Part shown: positions 1 through 9,032 of the stretch, piece by piece
How positions within the stretch are numbered: the stretch's first letter is position 1
Layout of the letters: every line of letters begins with the position of its first letter
Assembly: GCA_963801815.1 (NCBI GenBank)
Contig: CAWDGJ010000001.1
Span: forward strand, 224,001 to 288,000
Reading direction: 5' to 3'
DNA length: 64,000 nt
Origin: an uncultured Verrucomicrobiae bacterium
GTDB lineage: Bacteria; Verrucomicrobiota; Verrucomicrobiia; Chthoniobacterales; UBA10450
The notes under the pieces: generated by a model
The model's input: the letters and a program-made list of their open reading frames with translations, nothing else
Told to the model about the DNA's origin: nothing
The model's database searches: none
Position numbers and translations under genes: made by a program

Positions 1-300
1 GTAGCGGCGGTCTGCCTGTCACGCCATAGCCTTGGCGAATGGAGCGAATGAGATGAGCGACATGGCCGGTAAAGCCGCGAGGTAGCGGTCGAGCGCAGCG
101 GGAGCTGCCGAGATACAAGGCGGACGGGCGCCGCATTAAATATGCGGCGGTCATAGACCAGCTGTTCGAGTTGGTTTTGGTTGATGGGGGACGCAGGCCG
201 GTACGCCTCTCTATATTAGTACTGCGCATTTAGCTCTGTCGTGCGGATGTACTCGATTAATTGGCTGCTAAAGGCGGCAGGCCTCTCGCCTGCGATCCGC
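1..300. repeat. Cluster of degenerate REP-like palindromic elements
   Basis: GTAGCGGCGGTC at 1 and CGGCGGTCATAGACC at 145-159 resemble the element at 41068-41113. CTGTCACGCCATAGCCTTGGCGAA (~16-39) resembles 59661-59689. GCAGGCCTCTCGCCTGC hairpin at ~277-294. No long ORF. Confidence 0.5.
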
Positions 301-321
301 GCCCCGTTTGGGACTTTCGTT

Positions 322-350
322 TTGGCGGAATCGGTGCAAGCGACTACAAT
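322..350 (+). promoter_or_regulatory. Sigma-70-like promoter, probably the native tRNA-Leu promoter
   Basis: TTGGCG-17 nt-TACAAT, ending 16 nt upstream of the tRNA-Leu 5' fragment at 367. Confidence 0.55.
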
Positions 351-366
351 TCTCACTCGTAAACCC

Positions 367-405
367 GCCGATGTGGCGAAATGGCAGACGCAACGGACTT
401 AAAAT
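367..405 (+). repeat. 5' half of tRNA-Leu(TAA); left attachment-like direct repeat
   Basis: 39 bp GCCGATGTGGCGAAATGGCAGACGCAACGGACTTAAAAT identical to 21837-21875. Identity ends right after the anticodon loop. Confidence 0.92.
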
Positions 406-527
406 TGCGGTTTTAGCGATTTTTTTGCTTTTCAAAGTCGATCAAATCGAACCGAATTTACCTGGGTAAATCGCGAAATTCGCGAATTTCGACTGCATAT
501 CAGAGAGGCGGGCAAAAAGGGGCTCAT

Positions 528-548
528 TCTTGCACAAATCTTGCACAC
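528..548 (+). repeat. TTGCACA tandem motif pair (possible integrase arm-type sites)
   Basis: TCTTGCACAAATCTTGCACAC, exact copy at 1523-1543 and variant at 21796-21816. Confidence 0.7.
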
Positions 549-595
549 GGAGGCAGCGGAATTCGGATTTGAAATAGTGTCGAGCAGCGAATTTT

Positions 596-633
596 TGCCG
601 TTTTTGTGCAAAATTTTTTGCACAAAAACGGCA
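596..633. repeat. Perfect 18-bp inverted repeat containing TTGCACA
   Basis: TGCCGTTTTTGTGCAAAA-TT-TTTTGCACAAAAACGGCA. Confidence 0.85.
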
Positions 634-750
634 CAACAGACGCAACGGATAGCCAAAAGTCTCCGATTCTGGAGATTGCCGTGATCACTTATTGGCTTGT
701 CAGCGTATTCTGGTGCAAAACGCGGCTCTGGGAGACTAACCAAGAATAGG

Positions 751-1191
751 CTAGGGTATGTTGGCTACTTTGTGGAGAAGAAAGTTGCCTTGTTCCCGCA
801 CGGCTGAGTGACTTCGGGATCGAGGAGGGCCGACTGCCTCGACTTGAGCAAAAGAACCTCGAAAGAACTCTTTTCCAGTACCCTCGTCTTTCACTCCGTA
901 GCCTACGAACACAAGGCATCGAACAGAACTTTCTTTCGGGCTAGTATAGACAATGGAGAACTGAAACAATCCGTCTTGCTGAAGCATTGCAGACGGACTA
1001 GACGGTGCTTCGGGGCATGACAATGCCAGCTTGCCGTCGCTGCCTTTAGTGAATGACACTTTCAGTTCGGTCAGGCCGCTGCCGTAAACCAGAATGTAAT
1101 CACCTTGTGTCAGTGGCGCCTGCACATCACCAGCGCAAACTGTGATTGCCACAGACATAAGTAGTATGACGATCGCGAGATGAGTTTTCAT
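751..1191 (-). CDS. Hypothetical secreted protein
   Basis: Start trimmed to MKTHLAIVILLMSVAITVCA, a signal-peptide-like N-terminus. No family recognised. Confidence 0.55.
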   Translation of the reverse strand: MKTHLAIVILLMSVAITVCAGDVQAPLTQGDYILVYGSGLTELKVSFTKGSDGKLALSCPEAPSSPSAMLQQDGLFQFSIVYTSPKESSVRCLVFVGYGVKDEGTGKEFFRGSFAQVEAVGPPRSRSHSAVREQGNFLLHKVANIP

Positions 1192-1312
1192 AAAACGGAA
1201 GTCAGACCAATTTGGCGATCCTAACAGATTTTTGCGCAGGTCATAGCAGCGTTTCGTGAGTTTTTTCTTGGCAGCAGCCGCGTTTGCCGCAGTCGTGTCG
1301 TCGATGTCCGCG

Positions 1313-1481
1313 CTATTTCTTTCCGGGCAATTCCTTCGCAACCGTTGCCACCTGGTCCGGCTCGAAGCCGAACTTTCTCTGGAGCTCCTTGAGCGGCGCC
1401 GACGCCCCGAACGGTTTCACGCCGATGATGCGGGCCCGATCTGCCAACATATCGTTCCCATCCGAAAGTCGATGCCTGCTC
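1313..1481 (-). pseudogene. tkt: Transketolase C-terminal fragment
   Basis: Across one frameshift reads EQASTFGWERYVGRSG / RIIGVKPFGASAPLKELQRKFGFEPDQVATVAKELPGKK*, the characteristic transketolase C-terminus. The upstream part of the gene is absent. Confidence 0.8.
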
Positions 1482-1495
1482 ATTGGAATGGTCGG

Positions 1496-1543
1496 TTGCG
1501 AATGAAGGCACTCACTTTATGCTCTTGCACAAATCTTGCACAC
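1496..1543 (+). promoter_or_regulatory. Promoter-like + TTGCACA block, homologous to the block upstream of intact tRNA-Leu
   Basis: TTGCGA-16-TATGCT then CTTGCACAAATCTTGCACA, compared with TTGCAT-16-TATGCT then CTTGCGCAAATTCTTGCACA at 21769-21816. Confidence 0.65.
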
Positions 1544-1701
1544 CAGGCTCGAAGGATTTCAGGTCCGCGTTAGATCGATCTCAGGTTCGAGCCCTGTAGG
1601 CTCCGGGTATCACTGGAATCGGAGTCGCGCGATGCGAACCCTAAACGGGATTCACAGACTAACGCCTTCCAATTAAGCGCGTTCGTGGGTAATTCATCCA
1701 T

Positions 1702-2583
1702 ATGTCTTTCAGAACCTTCGTTTTCCTTCTTGCTTTGCCGATAGTCGCGCAGGCCGGGGATGTCGATTTTTCAAACTACGACGTGCCCCTTTACACCCAG
1801 ATCGTAGATCATATCAAAGCCAAAGTCTCGGCCCGCCTTGGTGAGGGCAATAATCCGCGCGATCGCTATTTCATTATTCCTTTTGCTTACCAAGACCGCG
1901 GGAACCATCCGGAACATTCTCACTCGTTTCTCTCTGTCATCCGAGTGCTGGCGGACAACAAGCAGCCCAAACTGACGCCCGGCCTCAAAACGGGAAAGTA
2001 CAAGAATCGGGAATTTGAAGCCTTCACCATCAGCTGGCTGCCTCAGCGATTTCATGACCAATCCCAATCTGTGCGTCTTTGACGGCGCGGGCAGCCGCCT
2101 TATTCCACAGAACAATAAATGTCCCGTATTGCCCGGCCGAAACTTTACTCTCGAAGAAACGATCAAGCTGGCGGTGGATGCAAAAGAATGCGGTGGCCAT
2201 GTGGGGACCTTATGAGATCAAACAGGCAGCGTTTGATCTCGCAGTGAAGCGCAAAAACCTGCTCGACGGAGGAACCATTAAATATCGCGCCGACGACCGT
2301 CTTTATCGGAAAGACAAGGTCGCGATCAGTTGCTTTCATGCCATGGCCGGCTTGGACGAGCTTTTCCCCAGCGGCGGACTTTTCGGGACGGGATTTAAGA
2401 TGTGGGGCTTCAATGGAACGGCCAGAGTGCTGATGGAATACACGGAGAAGGCGACTAACAAACACTTACTTCTCGAGCCAGTGGACATAAAAAAGGACCG
2501 CTACGGCTTTGTCTATGCGCCGGCACGAAACGGTGATGTCCCGTATAATCCGTTGAAAAACGCGCTCCGCTTATCAACGATAA
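1702..2583 (+). CDS. Hypothetical exported protein, split by apparent frameshifts
   Basis: Signal peptide MSFRTFVFLLALPIVAQA. ORFs 1702-2082, 2015-2215 and 2079-2690 join into one reading (..EAFTISWLP / SDFMTNPNLC..LAVD / QKNAVAMWGPYEIK..) with shifts near 2043, 2178 and probably 2562. Confidence 0.6.
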
Positions 2584-2734
2584 CGCTCGGTCGGAGATCT
2601 CGCCCGGTGTCCGATGCGACAAACGTTTTACTTATCAGGGATTCGCTCCGAATTCCGGCCAGCGTGAATTACGCCGATAAGGCTTTTTGACAGTCGTGCT
2701 TGCAAACAACGCACAAACCTCCAGCGTTGCGCGC

Positions 2735-4016
2735 ATGAGACACTCCGGCCCCGCTGGCTTTAAATGGTTGCCGGTTACGCTGACTTCGCTCGTCCTGTGC
2801 AGCGGCTGCTCGTTCGTGCCTCGTCCCAGCAGGCTCTCCGGCAATCGGGCTTTCATTGACTACTGGCCACCGAATCCAGAGAGCAAGGGCCTAAGGCTCG
2901 CAGTTAAGGATAACATCGACATGAAGGGCGTAATTACGACCGCCGGTTCGGAGATCTTTTCCATAACCCACAAGCCCGCGGAAAAGGACGCGGCGTGTCT
3001 GGCGATCGCGCGCCGGCGTCACGTGCAGATCGTCGGCAAAACCAATCTGAGCGAATTCGCCGTCTCGCCGTCCGGCATGAATGAATATTTCGGGACGGCC
3101 GTGAATCCGTTGAATCGACGTCTGATTCCAGGGGGATCCTCGTCTGGAAACGCGGTCGCGGTGGCGACCGGAATGGCGGACGTGGCTTTCGGCACGGATA
3201 CGGCCGGCTCGGTCCGTGTGCCTGCCGCCTGTTGCGGTATCGTCGGCTTGAAGACGACGTTCGGCTTAATTCCGATCGAAGGTGTTTATCCGGTTGACCA
3301 AGCATCTCGACACGGTAGGCCCAATGGGTAGAGACATCGCTCACACCGTTCAAGGTATGGAACTTCTTCAGGATGGCTTTGCCGCGAAGTATGCGGCGGC
3401 AAAAGCGGCCAAGCCTACCGCGGGAAGCATCCGGGTCGGACGTCTCAAACTGAAAGGGACTGATCGAAAAATCGATCAAGCAATCGACGATGCGCTCGCC
3501 AAAACGGGATTCCAAGTGATCGCGCTGGACGAAAGCCTAACCGAACAATTCGAACAAGCGAAGAACGATGGCACCACCGTTGCCTCAGCCGGTGCGTGGA
3601 TTAGCAACGGGCGATTTCAGCTCGCTTGCACAGCTCGAACCCAGTCTGTCCTTCGACTCGGTCAGATAAACCTCACCACGAGTTACCACGGCGCATTGGG
3701 CAGGCGAGGTGCGTGGCAGAGGACGCTAAGTAAGGCTTTCGAGAAAGTGGACTTCATCGCGTTGCCAACCCTTCAAAAACTGCCGCCGGAGCTTCCACTA
3801 CTCAACTTGAGAATAGGAATTCGCGAAGCGGAGATGCTTCCGTTGCAAAACACGGCGGCAGTCAATTTTGCCGGCAACCCGGCGCTGGCAGTCCCCGTTC
3901 CCCTGCACAGGGCGAAAGTCCACGTCACGAGCCTGCAATTGATCGGGCCGCGACTGTCCGAAGCGGATCTTCTCAATGCGGGGCGGCTGGTGGAAGACGC
4001 AGTAAAAAATCGTTAG
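2735..4016 (+). CDS. Amidase-signature family enzyme, probable lipoprotein (frameshift ~3297)
   Basis: KDNI, GKTNLSEF, PGGSSSG and GTDTAGSVRVPA motifs, continuing in a second frame with HLDTVGPMGR..N.AG.PA. Lipobox-like LVLCSGC. Confidence 0.88.
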
Positions 4017-4032
4017 GCGAAGCTTGTTTCTA

Positions 4033-4809
4033 TCAGTGCGAAGCACCGGCCGCGGTAAAGTCGGTGTCGCTAAAATTCGCGTCCTGGTCGATGCGCGCAC
4101 CATTGAATTGCGTCACGCTATTTTTTCGAGGGCCATGCACGGTGAGACTGGCTGGAATCGGATTGTGTTTTTCATCACGCGCGACGCGCGTGATATCGAT
4201 GCGGCGGATCAGTTCGCCGGAGGAAGAATATTTCTCGATCCGCAGCGGAACAAAACGTCGGGGATCAATCCAGCTCCGCACCCTGGCGTAGATGGACATG
4301 GAAGAATTGTCCGGCTTCGATTCGAGAATCTGGCAGTTCACTCCGTTGATTAACTCCGCGCCGACGACCGTCTGCTTTTTCCAGGCGAAGAAATTTTCCA
4401 CCGCATCCTGATAAGAGAGATCGCTGTCGAACAATCCCTCGCTCATTTGGGAGGACTTGAGCGGGCGAACCGGCTGTTGCGGAACGATAATCGAGCCTGT
4501 CGCCGTACCCTGGGCCTGATGCAGAATGACAGTTTCTCCTTTATACTCGTCAGGCCAAAGCACCTGATAAACAAGATCGGTGGCCGTTTTCGTGCGGCGT
4601 TGCTTGATTTGAAGTTGCAGGATGCGATTGGCGCCTCCGGGTGATTGCACTTCAAGTTTGGTGCGGATCAGCGCGCTTCCCTGGCTGGTAGCTTCGATCC
4701 GATCGGCAAGTTCCGCGGCGGACAGCGCGGGTGGCGCGGGCTCCTCCGCCCGAACGGAAATGATACACAGGACAGCAGTGGCCAGGGCTAAGGCGAAGAA
4801 AGATTTCAC
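4033..4809 (-). CDS. Outer-membrane lipoprotein-sorting (LolA-like) protein
   Basis: Signal peptide, FDSDLSYQD and WIDP..FVPLRIEKY motifs typical of the family. Adjacent to a MacB/LolE-type ABC transporter. Confidence 0.75.
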   Translation of the reverse strand: MKSFFALALATAVLCIISVRAEEPAPPALSAAELADRIEATSQGSALIRTKLEVQSPGGANRILQLQIKQRRTKTATDLVYQVLWPDEYKGETVILHQAQGTATGSIIVPQQPVRPLKSSQMSEGLFDSDLSYQDAVENFFAWKKQTVVGAELINGVNCQILESKPDNSSMSIYARVRSWIDPRRFVPLRIEKYSSSGELIRRIDITRVARDEKHNPIPASLTVHGPRKNSVTQFNGARIDQDANFSDTDFTAAGASH

Positions 4810-4823
4810 GGATCAAAGTGCCC

Positions 4824-5942
4824 TCATCCGGCTTGCAGCGCCAGGCTCGGCATTAGTCGCGAGCTGCGCCAGGCTGGATAAAGGCCGCTAATTATTCCAA
4901 CGGCGACTGCGATCACGACAGAAAGTCCAAGGAGCGGAAGGCTTAGATCCGGCTGCAAGAGCCCCCGAATCGCCGGCGTGGCACCCAGCACCCGGACGCC
5001 AACCGCACCAATCGCCACGCCAATGGCGCCGCCGAAAAGGCCGAGTAAGGCGGACTCGTAAAGAATCATCCGCATGATGCGCTGGCGCGTCCAACCAACC
5101 GCGAGCAACACGCAAATTTCATGAGTGCGCTCGAAAACGGTCATAAGCATGGTGTTCATCACGCCGAGCACGCCGACGAGCACGGCGAGAAGAGAAGTGC
5201 CCCAACTCATGGCCCGGACCATGCGAAATCCCTCAAAGTGGCTCAAGTGTTCGCTCACGGTCACAGCACGAACTTGAGGAACCTGTTGCTGGATCTGTTG
5301 GATAAGTTCCCGGATCTGTTGCTCGTTAGTCGAAGGAGTCACGCGAACGTCGATTGCATTGATTTGGTTGGGCGAGCCCATAATTCCCTGTAAGAGCGGC
5401 AAAGAAAGAATAACCGACCCGTCTTCGACGAGCGCGCCACCCTTTACGATTCCCACGACCTTCAGTGCCTTGGTCTCAATCTGGATTGGGTCACCGACTT
5501 TTTTCTTGAGAATTTCCGCTGCGGTCTGGCCCAAAACCACTGCCTCTTCGGTGGCGTCGCTCGGCATGCGTCCGGAGACAATCTCAAGATTGTTCCAGGT
5601 AAATCCTCCCCACTCCCGGGCGGAAAGAATCATCAGGTCGGAGTCTTCAATACTGGTCACCTCCACGAGCTGATTGCAGGTCGCGGCGATACGCGGAAGG
5701 CTAGCGATACGGTCGCGGACGGAGGCATCAAAGGGCTTCGGCGTGAGCGACCCGCTCCGATTGCTGATGACGATATCGGTTCCACGCGCCTTCAATCCAA
5801 CCTGCCAGCTTTTCTCAAATCCGCGCGACATTCCAACCAGGGCCACGACTGCAGAGATGCCGATGGAAATGCCCGCGAGGGTCAAACCCGTGCGCAAAGG
5901 CCGGCGCCAGAGACCGCGGATGACAACGGTAAAGAAGGTCAT
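4824..5942 (-). CDS. ABC transporter permease, MacB/FtsX-like
   Basis: RTGLTLAGISIG N-terminal TM, periplasmic domain, MNTMLMTVFERTHEI and GLYPAWRSSRL motifs. Confidence 0.92.
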   Translation of the reverse strand: MTFFTVVIRGLWRRPLRTGLTLAGISIGISAVVALVGMSRGFEKSWQVGLKARGTDIVISNRSGSLTPKPFDASVRDRIASLPRIAATCNQLVEVTSIEDSDLMILSAREWGGFTWNNLEIVSGRMPSDATEEAVVLGQTAAEILKKKVGDPIQIETKALKVVGIVKGGALVEDGSVILSLPLLQGIMGSPNQINAIDVRVTPSTNEQQIRELIQQIQQQVPQVRAVTVSEHLSHFEGFRMVRAMSWGTSLLAVLVGVLGVMNTMLMTVFERTHEICVLLAVGWTRQRIMRMILYESALLGLFGGAIGVAIGAVGVRVLGATPAIRGLLQPDLSLPLLGLSVVIAVAVGIISGLYPAWRSSRLMPSLALQAG

Positions 5943-6634
5943 GTTTTGGCGTCCGATACAATTCGACCGTCCATCATGCGAAGAATTCTTCCCGCCCGCT
6001 CGGCAATCGTGGGATCATGAGTGACGAGCACCATGGTGCGGCCTTGGTCCTGTTGCAGACGGATAATGAGGTCGAGCACGACATGCGCATTCTCGCTGTC
6101 GAGATTGCCGGTTGGTTCGTCCGCCAGAAGCAGAGACGGCTCGTTCGCCAGACTGCGGGCGATAGCTACGCGCTGACGCTCGCCTCCGGAAAGTTTCGAA
6201 GGAAAATGATCCAGCCGATGCTCAAGGCCAACCAACTTCAGCAATTCGAAAGCGCGCTCGCGTCGCTCGGAAGCCGAGCGATCGCCTTCGAACATTGGAA
6301 TCTGCACGTTCTCAGACGCTGTGAAAGTCGGTAGAAGGTGAAAGGCTTGAAAAATAAATCCAACCTCGCGAGCGCGGTAGGCTGAGGGATTGGGATGATC
6401 CGGCAGCGAGTTTCCGCGATAGAGAAGCGTTCCGGAAGTCGGTCGGTCCAACGCCCCGAGTAATTGCAGCAAGGTCGATTTGCCGCATCCACTTGGTCCC
6501 GTAATGGCGACGAAATCGCTCTCTTTGATAGAAAAATCGACTCCGCGCAGTGCTTTGACCTGTCCTTCGTCAAAATCGCGGGTAAGAGATTTTGCCTCGA
6601 GAAGGGCGGGGTCGCGGGGAGCGGGTTGGATCAC
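5939..6634 (-). CDS. ABC transporter ATP-binding protein (LolD/MacB-like)
   Basis: GPSGCGKS, LSGGERQRVAIAR, LLADEPTGNLD, VTHD. Confidence 0.95.
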   Translation of the reverse strand: MIQPAPRDPALLEAKSLTRDFDEGQVKALRGVDFSIKESDFVAITGPSGCGKSTLLQLLGALDRPTSGTLLYRGNSLPDHPNPSAYRAREVGFIFQAFHLLPTFTASENVQIPMFEGDRSASERRERAFELLKLVGLEHRLDHFPSKLSGGERQRVAIARSLANEPSLLLADEPTGNLDSENAHVVLDLIIRLQQDQGRTMVLVTHDPTIAERAGRILRMMDGRIVSDAKT

Positions 6635-6715
6635 TTGATTGCGCTTGTTAGGCCGACCGCAAAACGCGCCGGCGTAATGGAGAACGAACGAACCTGCTTT
6701 TCTAATTACTCCTTA

Positions 6716-7663
6716 TCAAATGGTCTGCCATTGCGGCCCGACCCGCGGATCGGCCAGGCAGCGTATCACGTCCGCTAATGCGTTACGATAACTTGGGTAG
6801 GGCATCCGCTCGCCCGGCTTGGTCGGCTGCAATTTTTCCACGTGCTGCGGCAGGAAGGCATGGGGCAACCCGGCCCGATGATGATGCACGCCATGAAACG
6901 GTTCGTGCAGCAGGGTGAAAGCAACCACCCGTCCCAGCCAGCTTTTCGCCACGATACTCCGCGTCGAGCCGTTTACGGTGTCGCCCGTCATTCCCACGTG
7001 CTCGATGTACTTGCGCCAACTCTGCAGATTAGCCGCCACAAATGAGGGCACGAGATGCATCCAAAGGAAATATTTCCACAGACCGAATGCTGCCGCAGTC
7101 CAAAGGATCAGAGCCCAGATCACAACTGTCAGCGCCAATTCCGCCCAAATGCGGCGACGAATACGCTTGCTTCGAACCGGAGTCGAAGAACAGAGAAAGG
7201 CTCGCAGGAAAACAAACGGGCCATAAAACAATCCGAAATTCAGCTCAAAAAATGCGGCCAGACATCTCTTCCACCGTGGCATGTTCGTATGGGAGAACGG
7301 CCAAAATTCGTAATCACGCTCCGTCGCGAGATAGGCATGATGGGTTTGATGAATAACGCGATAGAGACTGAAGCTCATCAGGCTTAGGGTGCCAATCACG
7401 ATCCCATCGAACTCATTGAAGCGACGATTTTTTCGGAGAAGCCCGTGAGCCGCCTCATGCAGGCCGATGAGGAGGCCGTGCATCAAATGGCTGACCACGA
7501 GCACGAGCGGCACCGCCAGCCAGATCCAGCCGCGATAGACCGTTATCGCGAGCATCACTTCAGTGAAAACCAAACCGAAAACGAGAAACTGAAACGCACC
7601 ACGCAAGACCCAGTGCGGCTCATGCATCTTACTAAAGTCTTCGTCGATGGATCCTGCGTTCAT
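6716..7663 (-). CDS. Membrane fatty-acid desaturase family protein
   Basis: Three His boxes HEAAH, HQTHH and HGVHH, with TM segments. Confidence 0.9.
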   Translation of the reverse strand: MNAGSIDEDFSKMHEPHWVLRGAFQFLVFGLVFTEVMLAITVYRGWIWLAVPLVLVVSHLMHGLLIGLHEAAHGLLRKNRRFNEFDGIVIGTLSLMSFSLYRVIHQTHHAYLATERDYEFWPFSHTNMPRWKRCLAAFFELNFGLFYGPFVFLRAFLCSSTPVRSKRIRRRIWAELALTVVIWALILWTAAAFGLWKYFLWMHLVPSFVAANLQSWRKYIEHVGMTGDTVNGSTRSIVAKSWLGRVVAFTLLHEPFHGVHHHRAGLPHAFLPQHVEKLQPTKPGERMPYPSYRNALADVIRCLADPRVGPQWQTI

Positions 7664-9006
7664 TGGGGTTGGTTCAGCACTTCAGAGATGCGGCTCTCCG
7701 GCGAGCGGCAGATCCCCGCCAGTACTCGCCGAAATATGCCATCGAGGCTTTCAATGTCACGTCGGGAAAACAAATTCTCGCGGAAAAGCCACGCGATTTC
7801 CAGGCCTTCGCGGTCTTCGGTGATTTCGCACCCAAGTTGAAAACGCGCCGTGCCAGTCGAGCGCATGCTCAGGCGTGCGGAAAGATTCGGCAGCGAAATC
7901 TCCGGCATGGGATGATTCTGCAAGGCAAAGCGTACGTCGAACAGCGGGTTGTATCCTGCTTCCGATTGCTCACCGAGACCGTGCACCAACTCGACGAAAG
8001 GGATGGCGTTGGCAAAAGAGTCAATCGTTAGCTGATGTCCTGCTCGTAAATGATCGGACACAACGCGCGAGCGATCGATCTGCCCGCGCAAAGGCACGAT
8101 GCCTGCGTAGTATCCCATTGTTTCGCGCGTGGTTTGCCGGGTGCGATTGGCGACCGGCGTTCCCACTACGAAATCACGGAAACTGCTCCATTCGGAGAAG
8201 GCAATTTGGAAAGCTCCAAACAAAGCACTGAAGAAAGTGATTCCGGTCCTGCGGGCCAGTTCACGGGTCTCGTTAGTCAGACCAGCAGGAATTGCGGAAA
8301 GCCATCGTTTGGGTGGCCCGGGTGTGATCGGCGGATTCCACATTCGACGTGAACCGGCTAATTTGGTTCTCCAAAACTCGAGTCGCTGCTCCAAAATCTC
8401 CGGTTTCCAGAAAGCGCGCTCGGTCGCGCCCCACGCCGAGTAGGTTTGCGGGACCGGCGGCAAAGGCTCGGAGGATCCCATCACGATCTCGATATAGGCA
8501 GCAAAGAGGTCCTGAACCAGAACGCCCAGGCTCCAGCCGTCAGCAATGGCATGATGAATCGCGAAGACCAGCACGTGATCGTTCGCTGCGCGACGCAAAT
8601 CTACCGCGCGATAGAGCGGTCCTTGCACCAGATCGAACGGCGCGCGGAAAATTTCTGCTACCAATTCTTCGATCGCTTCCGGTCGCGCGTCGTCTGGTGA
8701 AGCATCGCGAAATTCAAAATTGATCCCGCAATTCTTTCGGATCATCTGGAGTGGACGCTCCTTGCCGGGAAGGATCGAGAGACGCAGGACTTCCTGACGA
8801 TCGACCACTCGCTGGATCGCAGCGCGACACTCGCGTTCAGTCAGGAGACCGTGCACGTCGATGAGACAGCAGATGTGATTCGCGTTGTCCTCCACCGGCA
8901 CCGGTGAGACTTCCCAAAGTTCCCGTTGCGGGAACGTAAGCGGATGAAGCTGTGCTTCACCGCTATCGAGCCATTGTTTGAGACGAGCGCGTTGATCGAT
9001 TGGCAT
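7660..9006 (-). CDS. Stand-alone NRPS-type condensation domain
   Basis: PLTFPQRELW, FDLVQGPL, catalytic HHAIADG, VGTPVANR. 448 aa with no A or T domain. Confidence 0.92.
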   Translation of the reverse strand: MPIDQRARLKQWLDSGEAQLHPLTFPQRELWEVSPVPVEDNANHICCLIDVHGLLTERECRAAIQRVVDRQEVLRLSILPGKERPLQMIRKNCGINFEFRDASPDDARPEAIEELVAEIFRAPFDLVQGPLYRAVDLRRAANDHVLVFAIHHAIADGWSLGVLVQDLFAAYIEIVMGSSEPLPPVPQTYSAWGATERAFWKPEILEQRLEFWRTKLAGSRRMWNPPITPGPPKRWLSAIPAGLTNETRELARRTGITFFSALFGAFQIAFSEWSSFRDFVVGTPVANRTRQTTRETMGYYAGIVPLRGQIDRSRVVSDHLRAGHQLTIDSFANAIPFVELVHGLGEQSEAGYNPLFDVRFALQNHPMPEISLPNLSARLSMRSTGTARFQLGCEITEDREGLEIAWLFRENLFSRRDIESLDGIFRRVLAGICRSPESRISEVLNQPQ

Positions 9007-9032
9007 GGCACCGCGGTTGCACGAGGTTGTAG

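Noticed and set aside
751..1225. Second integron cassette (GTTAGGA on the minus strand shortly upstream of the 751-1191 gene)
   Set aside because: No convincing RYYYAAC-started attC hairpin follows the stop codon.
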